A DNA stretch of 64,000 nt from NCBI RefSeq assembly GCF_964204645.1, contig NC_134031.1:19661910-19725909 (forward strand). The letters run 5' to 3'. The stretch is from Tubulanus polymorphus. Its lineage: Eukaryota; Animalia; Nemertea. This document shows positions 51,109-64,000 of this stretch, piece by piece. The position numbers and the translations under genes were made by a program. The notes beneath the pieces were generated by a model that saw nothing but the letters and a program-made list of their open reading frames with translations, did not search any database and was not told where the DNA came from. The first letter of the stretch is position 1; each line of letters starts with the position of its first letter.

Positions 51109-52233
51109 GCTCGTTCCCGTGATGACGCAACCTGAATTTATGACGATAAATAAAACTTCTCTCCGAGGTGCAGATCGTGATATATATTTTTTGCTATATT
51201 TAATTCCTGTATACGTATAGATATGATGGTTAGGCCCCACAGCATACTCGTATTTACTCTTTATTTTTGTTTGGATTTTCAGGAGGAACCCTGTCACTAA
51301 AAACTAGTAATTAACTTCAGCCAGTTCCAAATTTCTTGGTTAGAATTAAACAAGTTAAAAAGTTAAACATTGGAAATGCATCAACTCTTTGAGTTGAACT
51401 TAACTGAAGAAATGTGGAACTGGATCCTGGTTTATAAGACTCTGAAATACCAAATATTGTCAGTTGTGCTTATAAGAACAGATTTGTTCTTTGTAAGCTT
51501 GTTCAGTTGGCTTTAAATTCCTGGTTCCTATGTTTTTGTTGTTATATCATGTAATTGAGATTGAAACAAGACACACGGGGTATTATTATCATTATCTCCT
51601 CAGGGATAACTTATTCAATATATTACCATGAAAATCTGTGTGTAATACTGACTGTGAGTGTTTATCACATCATGTTTGTATTAAATATGTATTTCTTTAA
51701 AAGTAATAGTTTTGTTTGTTGATTACATTTGTGATTTGTTGATCATTAGCTGCTATTGTAATCATTCATGCCAGGGCAATTTTGATATCTCTCCTTGCCT
51801 GGCCGATTCGAAGAGACGCCATCTTAACCCGGAGTAATTTGTTACTTTACACGCTTGACATGCATTGAAAATGTAAAATGGAAGATGGTGTAAAGACTGG
51901 TTCGTAGTCAAAACGGTAACCATTCCGTGCTGTAGGATTTCGGAGTCACCCTAGCTCCGCATTGTGATCCCGGCTCGTGACAATCAATACGTTTTAAGAG
52001 AAAAAAGTGCAATGTAATATCTTGAAATATACAGGCCTATATGGAGAATAAAATAGATAAAGAGCGTGTGTTAGAAGGGTTTTATGGACAGATGATATTC
52101 CTCTGGGATTCGAACCCAATCTGATTTGACTGAGTCTATATAACGCTCGTTCCACCCAGCTGTATACATTCGATTCCTAAGCTGCTAAGCGCGAGTGTTA
52201 TTTCGACGAGCGTACAGTACAGACAGTGTTAAA

Positions 52234-53664
52234 ATGGGTGTTAAAGTTCATATAGAATATTGGTAAGGTTGCAATACACTTTTTGATTACCTGAGAAAGG
52301 CCTAGCTAGGTTATTACAGCGGGGGAAATTAGGAATTTGGCGCTAAACGTTACCTCATTAAATAATGCTGATGATAGTGTGTGTGTCAGTGTGTTCCTTT
52401 ATTTCTTTCTAATTCTTGGCTCTTACTCCTAAGACCTAGACAAGTGGCGATATTTTGCCAATGTGCCATTTGATTTACACTGCGGTGCATGGTTTTAGAC
52501 GCCGTGCGCAACTAAGAAAATTTGGAAGGAATGTGTGGAGAACTGCGAAGAGAGAAATAGAGTAGTGTTAATGTATTCCGAACACGGGCCGGGGAATTAA
52601 TTGCTATCGTAGCATCTCTCCACTAAACCACCAAAAGACATATTTGATGTCAACATTTCGATATTTGAATTGCATCCTTTAATTTCATGTTTGCCTCCCC
52701 CAAATCCTAAATTTTGTTCAGCCTAGTGGTAGGCCTAGGCGTAGTAGATACTTTGGACGGGACATGCAAGGTGCGATGTTATAGCTGAAAAAATGTGTTC
52801 GATTATTTTTCAGTGGCAAGTGAGGTTACAGACCTCGCTTCCGGGAGTTGAGCCAGCAAATTAGCGAGGCTTGCCCTGAAGCCGAGGTCTCTGGCTCTGT
52901 CGGACGATCCTGTAAGTATGGTATAAAAAACTGCCCTCATTTTCCAAAAACATTTATTGCAGGAAATTTGTAAAATTTGTTTGCATTTTTTCAGCTTCGT
53001 TCGAAGTGACTGTGAACGATGAGTTGGTTTTTTCCAAGCTGAAAAGCAATGAATTTCCAGTTGCGAAAGAGGTAATTATCAAAAACCTAATGTTGTGCGC
53101 ATTAATTCATAACAACTATGATAATTAGGTCAGTGATAGTTCTATCTCTGATCTCGCTCAATTATAACTAGACTTGCAAGAAACGCTATAAGGCTAGAGG
53201 ACTGACGGGCTTAAACACAGGATGAATAACTCTTTGCATTCAGTAGCCTAAAATGGGATGTTTAACATTTAAACATATGGTGTCATGTTATAATACTATG
53301 TCGGCCTATAGAATGACTCATCATTCAGTCACAATAATCCGACTACCATTTATGACTTACAATTGTTCAGAGTCATTGGCCTATGTCTACAGACAGATCA
53401 ATGCTTGAATAAGAAAAGGAGATTTAAAAAGTCAAAAGATCACATGAGGACACATTGAATGGAACTTGAATTCAAAGTCTGACCTAGTTGTGACCTGTAT
53501 AGTAATGTTATTTCCTGGGCTTATCTGATCAGTTTAGCATTGCGCCAGTCTAAGGGCAATGCATGCTCTGTTTTAATCTGTTAAGGATTATATTGTAATG
53601 ATTTTTACGTTGTAATTTTCTCCAGGTGATCGAGAAAGTGAAGGCAGCTGCGAATAAATCTTAA
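52234..53664 (+). CDS. Selenoprotein, Rdx/SelW family (MIEN1/SelW2-like), copy B; CGKU motif, no CaaX; 80 aa
   Basis: Exons 52234-52262, 52814-52911 (in-frame TGA at 52821-52823), 52995-53071, 53626-53664 (VIEKVKAAANKS*). All splice sites intact; own SECIS copy. Confidence 0.83.
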
Positions 53665-54089
53665 AACTCAACGATCTGAACTGCTGAAATCATTATGACG
53701 GTGCTGTGTCATTTTATATTCTACTGGTGATGGAACAGCGAACCTCAATATCTGGAAAATTATCAGTGATCACAATCAACTTATGCAGGAATGATGAAGG
53801 CAATGAAATAAATGGCTAGAAACTTGATGGAATTCAACATTGAATTTTTATCCCGACAGAATTCGACACTGAACTCCTTTTACTGCAGTGTTGCATCTAG
53901 TTATGAATTGTACCAATAGATGGCGCATGAGTAAAGGCTAATCTTTCAATTCTGCAGTTGGAGGATGTTTTATATCTGTGTACAACTACCCCCCCTGGCG
54001 GTCATCATTTTCATTATTCAAGCATGCATTCGTATTGTGATCGCTCTGTTGAAATATCGTCGTTATATTCACGTGGTCATCACGCCTGA

Positions 54090-54176
54090 CTGGAACTTAC
54101 ATCATGACGGCACGAGACCGCAAACGTCCTCACTCGACGTTGGTTTCTGCTCGATTTAAACCCTCGTAAACGCTAG
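54090..54176 (+). promoter_or_regulatory. SECIS element (type II-like), copy B 3' UTR
   Basis: Core 54104-54155 is identical to copy A. Confidence 0.8.
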
Positions 54177-54952
54177 GCTCATTCCCGTGATGACGCAACC
54201 TGAATTTATGACGATAAATAAAACTTTTCTCCGAGGTGCAGATCGTGATATATATTTTTCGCTACATTTAATTCCTGTATACATATAGATATGATGGTTA
54301 GGCCCCCACAGCATACTCGTATTAACTCTTTATTTTTGTTGGAGGAACCCTGTCACTAAAAACTAGTCTAGAAATGTGGAACTGGATCCTGGTCTTTAAG
54401 ACTCTAAAATACCAAATATTGCCAGTTGTGCTTATGAGAACAGATTTGTTCTCTGTAATCTTATTTATATGTTGGCTATAAATTCCTGGTTCCTATGTTG
54501 TTGTTATATCGTGTAATTGAGATTGAAACAGACATACGGAGTAGTATTATCATTATCTCCTCAGGGATAACTTATTCAATATAAAGATCTGTGTGTATTA
54601 CTGCGAGTGTTTATCACATCATGTTTGTATTAAATACGTATTTCTTAAAAACTAATCATCATCTTTTGAGTTTTATTCTCTTTATTTTTGTGCGTATTTA
54701 GTTCTATGAGTATATATATATATATCTGAAGTAATTTTTCGAAGGATTTAAAATTTGGCAATTTTATTACTAACTCAATAACTTAAACATACATATGCTC
54801 TGCTCATGTCGGATGTATTAGGACCATAAAAATGTGTCCGACTTGAGTAATACCCGAGTTGGATTTTATGTATTTATTAGTGTCACAAAAATAGTTCGAC
54901 AAACATCAAAGTTGATAGGATCAGACTGTGGTGGAGTCTACTGTATCAGTAA

Positions 54953-55210
54953 CAGGGTCCGATCTAAGCACTTGCCCGATTGCCCGGGACCAGTATATTC
55001 TCATCAGGGCAAGTAGGTTATCATTATCGCTTATCCCCTGGGCAAGTACAATTTTATGTCACAAAGCTTTTTCCCACTCGATCCAACGGATTATAGTGCT
55101 ACCAATCGGACTGCCTGTGTAGGGCAAGTAGCTTTTGGAGGGGGGCAAGCGAAATTTCAGATGTGCTTGCCCTCCGGGCTAGTGGCTTTCATTCTTTAGA
55201 TCGGACCCTG
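54953..55210. mobile_element. hAT-like MITE
   Basis: TIR CAGGGTCCGATCTAA / TTAGATCGGACCCTG with internal GGGCAAGT repeats; no clear target-site duplication. Confidence 0.65.
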
Positions 55211-56139
55211 CTGTTAATATCTCATTTCCTCTTCATGTGTCTCTAATTTCACTGGTTTCCATCAAAGTTGACCTTCATAACCAAACATTGGTACTCAATT
55301 TGACTGCCATGTAAGGTGCAATAACGCATTACTGTTATTGGGTATGTATGCACCATTGGACCCGAACCATGGAGGACTACATGTGACTCATTTTTGAGAC
55401 CAGACCTTAATTCACGATCAGAGCTTGCAATATAAAGTCTTAAATACTGCTTAATGTTATTTTCAATAGAATATATTTGAATCATCATTTTACTGGTCAC
55501 ATGATCAGAAATATAACAAACTGAATACAATGTTAAAATCATTCATCATTCAGATCTTTACAAATAATACGCAGAAAAAAGCTCCATTTATTCAGAAATT
55601 ACGACATATCAGGCTAACCTCATACGGGTTCACAGTGTTAATGGAGACCTATGGCATGGAACGAGTTCCATAATTGTGAGTTGTATATCTTGAGCTCTGT
55701 GGCCTTAACTGAACTGTGGAACTACAGGTCTCCGGTTATCATACGTATCACTATGAACCCAGTGAACTGATGTAATCAAAATCATGCAGATGACTCATGT
55801 ATTTAGAATGAATGACCACATGTCACGATTCACAATGGATCAAAATTAAGATAAACCCAATGCTGTATTACTGAACGACTTATAATGATGACCACTCGCG
55901 TACAATGAAATGATATTTGAAGGTAATGAACTAGATTTCGATTAACCTAGAAGTATGCATGGATATCATTCCGAATGATTACTGTAAGGTAAGGCAGAAT
56001 GAGTTTCAGTCGAAAAACTACTGTCCCTTTTAACATCAATTCCTGGTTTATTGAGTAAGGGAAGTCATAAACTACGGTAACTGCTTGAACGATGAAAAGT
56101 GAAAGTGTTTGAATACTGATATGAGCGTTATGTAATTAT

Positions 56140-56420
56140 CGACTACATCCTCCCACGGCAGGGATTCGAACCTAATGGCATCGCTACACTCGGCCACGGC
56201 ACGAACCCCTGCCACTGTAGACCGGGTGCGCAGGTACATGCGCAGCTTTCAGATTGCTTGTTCAATCGCTGAGACAAATTTCATGGAAGAACTTCTAAAT
56301 GGGAAACCCCAGGCTAAAATAAAACAGGATTTCTGATTGGCTGCGCACTCGGTCTAGTGTGGCAGGGCAATCTCGATGCCATCAGGTTTGAATCCCTACT
56401 GGGGGAAGATAAATTGACTA
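56140..56420. mobile_element. Inverted pair of SINE-like elements carrying a B-box (another copy near 36718-36800)
   Basis: ggcagggattcgaacctaatggcatc ... gatgccatcaggtttgaatccc; the same motif occurs at 36729. Confidence 0.5.
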
Positions 56421-58156
56421 CGGCATAACAACAGCAGATTCTTACTTTCTGCTGAAGCCCAATGAATACAGTAGACCCCAAACCACAGCTATGTAGTAAT
56501 ATTCCAACATATTAACTGAAATTTTAAGCTGATCTTTGTATTTAGAAAGCATTTCAGAGCGTGGGGTTACATGGAGTCAACCGTAAAATGATTGAGTATA
56601 TTTACAGCCAGTTCAGTCGAGAAAATGGAAGAAATAAAGTTTAAACATTTCCGTATACAATATACATTATATATGTACCTACGTACAAAATGTCTACAGC
56701 ATCACTAAAAATCATCAGAAAAAATATCTTTCGGTGGAAAATGTCAAGATCAGTTTCAGTTGATCAGATTTAAATCCTACCCCGCAGCGCCAAGTCCGGC
56801 AATAACTAAAGTACAGAATCTAGTTCATCAAGGTATACACTAGTTTCTAGGCATGTGATTGATTCAGCATGTAACAAGACTATCACGAAATGGAAAATGT
56901 GACCGAAACTCATCCATCGGCAAACAGCACCACACAAACTATCGAAGCTATTTAGTTTTTTAGAAGCATTTTATTATATTTTTTCTGAAAGAATACTTAA
57001 GACATTATTCTCGGTACATTTCACTAGTACTTTACGTGAAATTTTTTTTTTTTCTGGAACAACAAAAATTCAAAAATCATCTTATTTGCACATATCCTTA
57101 ACTAGTTCTAAAACACCCAAAACCTCTGGTTCCAACTGTGGCAGGCGAGGGCTCCTACTCTGGCAATCCCGAGGACCCATAATTTGAGAGACACTTTCTC
57201 GAAGTTCATGAAAAATTCGATTAACAGTAATTTTCATACCGATATCCAAAAATACAGATTGGTCGAATGAAAGATGCAGCCCTTATTGTCAAGCATTGCC
57301 TATAGTTGAGCTTGTATTACAGGGCTATAATGAAATATTCTACTTCCCATCAGAAATATAATTACAAACAACTGACAGCCATTATATTGACTAACTGATA
57401 CATAATTAAACGGTTGTATAATTAACGGATTGGAAAGAAAGGAATTTGACACAGGGTTCTGGAACATGTTCTTGAGTTCTTTGTTGAAGCTTTATACTCA
57501 ACGATGAACTTATCTAAACACGATAGTCAAATTCCAGGACCAAGTAAAACATGTCTGAGTTTTCACAATGAAAAAATCACATTTACTTATATCGACTGTA
57601 TACGTGAGACTTTTAATTTGTGATGATTCAATTTATTAATTGTAAGTCATCATTTGGATAAGTCGTCAACATAATGATCCGCCAAACTATGACTTAACCC
57701 TTTCACTCCTAGATAATCAGATGGCGTTAGCTTATTTTTGATGATGCATGTATGTGGTGACGCCTATACAGCCGGATATGAACTAAAATGCAAGATGGTC
57801 TTCTGCTAATCAATAAACACTTCATGTACTGTGTAGTGTGCTGTGCTGTTACTAGCACACTTTTACAGGTCATATACAACTGACTGAAACTTCAGTCGCA
57901 ATGACCGAAATTTTGGTCGCTATTAGCGTTAGTACTGAACAGAGCGATTTTGACTAAAGCATTCATTTGTAACCGAGAAGTCTGAAACAGGGTCCAGGTG
58001 TCTAGTTTTAGTCCAGGGGATGATTTTATGTCCTTGTTCCCTTTTTCCTCAATCCACACACACAATTAAGCAGCAATTCTAAATCAAAACCTTTCACGAC
58101 AACTTCGTCCAGTCTGTCTTTGATATTTAAAAGTCTTTGGTCAGCTATTTTTTTCC

Positions 58157-60216
<2,060 letters not shown>

Positions 60217-60925
60217 TTTGAACAGAAATGTGATTTTTTTCGCGTCAGCAGCAACGACTTGACATATGCAGAACCCGGAAGAGATACAGCGCCGATCTAT
60301 GGCTGTTACAATGGCTGTAGACAGTCCCTCCAAGTCTCAGTGTTTAAAGTAGATTTATTTTTTGGTGCCGGACATTTTTGGTAGGATTAGCACATCAAAT
60401 AAAATGAATAAATTATTTGAATATTTTCGACAATGTTTCTGTTCGAGGTAAATGCCAATAATTTAAATGAAACAGTTCAGTTGTAGATTAAAGGTGGGAG
60501 GTAAACTAGCCGATGGCACGGGTCGCCACGTTTACATACGGGTCGGCGTTTCAGTAAAATGTTTACGAGAAATAATCAAAAGTTTTTTCCAAAGATTCGT
60601 GAAGAAAAACTAGTTCTTATAACATTGATAGAATTATAAATGCATATTTCTAGTAAATTGAATGAAATTTTAATGATTTTATTTGGTTTTAGCATTAGTG
60701 ATAACTTAATAAAAACTATCATCGTTTTACCACCGAGTTCTTGTTTTTGTTCAAACTTGATTGATAATCTCTTATCAAATTTTTCTAATATAACAAATAA
60801 TCAATTTAGTAGTTCATTTGGTATTACTCAAACAAAAATTAATTCAATTGAATACCTTTTGATCGTATCGTTAATGAAATTGAGTAAGAGTTGATTAAAA
60901 ATTATAAGTTTATCGAGATTAAGTT

Positions 60926-60947
60926 TGTTTACGGTTGCCATGCCAAG
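60926..60947. promoter_or_regulatory. Adjacent forkhead (TGTTTAC) and X-box-like (GTTGCCATGCCAAG) sites at the FHAD1 promoter
   Basis: Lies just upstream of a likely non-coding first exon (donor gtg|gtatgt at 61017, acceptor tttcag at 61289). Confidence 0.55.
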
Positions 60948-61407
60948 TTTGGGGACAAATTATAACCACATTGACTTAAAAAACCACCCAAACCCATTTT
61001 AACGCTGCAGTTTCGTGGTATGTACCTTTTCTTTCTGATAATTTACACATTTTAAAACACTGTAACGAGGTGATTTGTTCGAAATCAATGGAGTTTTTTT
61101 GTAATTATGATAAATGACAGTAAAAACAGGAGGGCACCTGTCAAAAAAGTGTCATCTGTCAAATTTTCATAATTTCAAATTTTGATTTCAAATTTAAACC
61201 CCATATCTGGCTCTGTCTGTGATGATGATTTTTATGGTTGTCTCCAGACTCTATGTACATTTCGTACTATCATATATATCAACTTTCAGGTCAAGTCTGA
61301 GGATTTCAAGGAAGGGAGTTTACATTTACAAGTAGGATTATCGTCTCATTTCAGTAACAGTCTGTGTCTGAATGAAAGTTTGATAGACGCGCGGACTCTG
61401 ATGAAAT

Positions 61408-64000
61408 ATGAGTGTAAAAGGCATTCTGAAAACTGCTGATGGATTTTTCCAATTGGGTCCGAAGATAACAACAGTTGGACGTGAAGGCTGTGATCTTATA
61501 ATACAGGTAAGGCCATCATTTCATTTTCCAGAAACAGACTTGAAGAAGGTCAAAAAGGTGAAATAGATATGCTAAACCCAATATCTTGGTGTAATTTAAG
61601 AAATATAATGTGTTTATTGTTTCCTTAAGAGTTCTCTCGACCCCTTACATGTACGCCTTTGATTGTTATATGGTAGTTTACGTATGATATTTTGTAGAGC
61701 GCTAGTGTGGAACCTCAACACGCTATCATTGAATTCAGCGATTCAGAAAACTGTTTCATTTTACAAGATTTGAACACATCGCAGGGAACATACGTCAACG
61801 ATTGTCGAGTTCAAAACGCAGCCGTCCGATTGGCTCCCGCTGATATAGTCAGGTTCGGATATAATGGACAGCCGTATAGTTTACAGGTTGACAATATCTC
61901 AGTGGTGAGTTAATTAAGAGAAAATTCAAAGTGGAAAGAGAGAAGTCAGAGGAATAAGTAACCCCCAACCTAAACGGTGGACACTGACTCAGGGAATCAA
62001 AAAAAAATCTAGAGAAAAAAGGAATTCAATATTCTAACTGATTGTAGTTTACAGGTTGACAATATCTCAGTGGTGAGTTTTTTAAGAGAAAATTCAAAGT
62101 TGAAAGAGAGAAGTCAGAGGAATAAGTAACCCCCAACCTAGACATGGCGGTCACTGACTCAGGGAATCAGAAAAATCTAGAGAAAAAAGGAATTCAGATA
62201 ATGTTAATGACCGTGTGTTTCTTTATCAATTCAATAATGAAAAATGAATGACTTGTAACATTTCAAACCTAGAAATTTCTCTGATTCACTGAATTTTGTG
62301 TAATCACATGGAAAACTCAGGGTATTTGTTACTGGACAGAAAGTGGCGGCACTGGATCTGGATTGTTATAGTTTTCTCTAGACTACGAACGTACATTTCA
62401 TACAGTCAATATTCTAACTGATTGTAATTGTATTACAGCTGCCGTACCCTCCTGTTCAACAGCGTCCGGCGTGGACAGCACCGATCACTGTCCTCAACGA
62501 TGACATCATCCGACCACCGCAACCGCTGCAACCTGTCTCGACACCGGCCAGTTTCCCGTTCCTGGCGACGGTGACGAATAGCGCGTACTCCACGCAACCT
62601 CGACCTCCGAGCGTTTCGATGAGATCTCGTCCGGTCAGCGCCGGGTCTCGCGGCAGTCCGAAAATGATGTCGCCGAACCTCGCACAACGAAGTAGGTATA
62701 AAACAGAAAAGTTTTCCCAGACCGAGGAGTTTAATGAATTCTCCATAGAACTAGTTGATTTCAATTCTTTTACTTCTTTAAGTGTCAAATTCTAACAAAG
62801 AACTGTAAAACTGGCTCATTTTGCTAGATTGTCTTAATGCCTTTTTGTTTGTGAATTTGTAGGTGTAACTGGTGCGTGGGTTTCAGCCCCTGTTTCTAGT
62901 AGTCAGCGTCCAGGAATCACTGTCATTTCTAATTCACCCAGTAATGAAATGATTCTCCTTCAAGAAAAGGTATGATAGCATTTTCTAGCTAAACTCTTCT
63001 CAGCGAAGATAATTCAAAAAACAAAATGACAAATTTCTATTTTTTTTTCTCAGGAGCAGAGGATTTTACAGCTAAATCAGGAGTTAAGTCGTTTGAACGC
63101 CGTTGAGAAAGACAGCCAACGAAAGGATCAAATTTTGGTGCAACTTCGCGACGAAGTCAACCAACTTCGTCAGTCTCAGAGTAACATGATGTCCGACCCG
63201 GATGTCACTCAGAAATTATTACAGCTTGAAAACGAAGTTTTAGCGAAGAAAGAAGAGGTGAATCAAGTTAAAGATCAGGTGAGATGCAGCACACTCTTCC
63301 TTGCTGATATATTACTGGGTTGATTTCTATGAAATCCCATCTTTAGTATAAGCTTACATTACCATATATATGACCATCACGTTACCATTTACATTTTAAT
63401 CAATCTCAGTTAAAACTTTGATTCAGTTAAATCGAATGCAGAAATTATCGTCGAATCAACCAGCGGGTACGCTGCGACACGAACTGAACGAGAAACTCGT
63501 CGAAGTGAACAGCGTACGCACGCAACTCGAGCGAACTCGTAAAGATAAAGACATCACATCGGGACTCGTCACTCAAATGCAGCGCGACATGTCGAGTAAA
63601 GATTCCACGATCAGTCGGTTGACGCGCGAAATCGAAAATCTTAAACGCGACGGCCGAGAAAAAGACGTTCAATTGTCGGCTTTAACCGCAAAAGTACGTT
63701 CAAAATAGATCGATGAAGGGTGGTTGTTATCAATCAAAAACTGTTTATACGTTGCTTAACTTCTTAGTCAATTTACGATTGTATTTTATGTTCAAAATCT
63801 AACATGTTGGCCACTTACCGGTACCTGGAAAATCAGAGGTTTCAGATGAAAATCTAGCCCTAACTTGGATCCCGCTTTATGAAAAAGTCTACAAACCTTT
63901 TTTTGGTTTTCTTAATCCAGTTCGCTAGATTGAAAGAGAACAAACTAGCCCTCGACGAAATGGAAGCCAAAGATAAAGAGTTGACGAATCTACGACAGAA
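61408..64000 (+). CDS. FHAD1: Forkhead-associated domain-containing protein 1 (N-terminal FHA plus coiled coil); runs off the right edge
   Basis: Exons 61408-61506, 61698-61904, 62439-62691, 62863-62969, 63054-63278, 63427-63693, 63921->64000. FHA: LKTADGFFQL..TTVGRE..QHAIIEF..FILQDLNTSQGTYVNDCRVQNAAVRLAPADIVRFG. Confidence 0.88.
61877..62196 (+). repeat. About 150-bp tandem duplication of the FHAD1 exon 2 end and intron 2 start
   Basis: tagtttacaggttgacaatatctcagtggtgagt...ggaattca occurs at 61877 and again at 62045. Confidence 0.9.

Larger units (their letters stand above)
49357..54650 (+). repeat. Tandem segmental duplication: unit A about 49357-51700, unit B about 51932-54650
   Basis: Shared start gtaggatttcggag(c/t)caccct, homologous exons, introns and 3' UTRs, shared end tgtttgtattaaata (ATTAAA at 51680 and 54629). 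Confidence 0.9.

Noticed and set aside
49898-52823. Pseudogene interpretation of the TGA-containing genes
   Set aside because: The TGA is at the Sec position of CxxU in both copies, frames and splice sites are intact, and SECIS hairpins are present.
53965-54159. 64-aa hydrophobic ORF
   Set aside because: Lies in the selenoprotein 3' UTR over the SECIS; its ATG is not preserved in copy A (gacgttt).

Overview
Compact, AT-rich, intron-containing animal (invertebrate) genomic DNA; the species cannot be determined from the sequence. Seven protein-coding genes were reconstructed by hand from GT-AG junctions. (1) Rootletin/CROCC on the minus strand, 28 core exons, 31938 to the left edge, about 2116 codons visible. 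(2) PEX2 (+, 36433-46140). (3) MAD2L2/REV7 (-, 49187-46893). (4,5) A tandem pair of selenocysteine-encoding MIEN1/SelW-type Rdx genes (+, 49508-50643 and 52234-53664), each with an in-frame TGA in a CxxU motif and a SECIS-like hairpin. (6) SURF4 (-, 60216-58157). (7) FHAD1 (+, 61408 to the right edge). The ORF track misses several notable features. The two selenoprotein duplicates have reciprocally lost alternative last exons: one keeps the CaaX prenylation tail, the other a short unprenylated tail. Rootletin has a pair of 81-nt duplicated, probably mutually exclusive exons. Rootletin also has a set of candidate phase-0 alternative first exons, several with RFX X-box motifs, two of them antisense inside PEX2 intron 3, which would interleave the two genes. 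FHAD1 intron 2 contains a duplication that builds a candidate microexon. The window also holds a 2.1-kb TIR element, several MITEs and SINE fragments, a 27-bp minisatellite and a (TA)n microsatellite.
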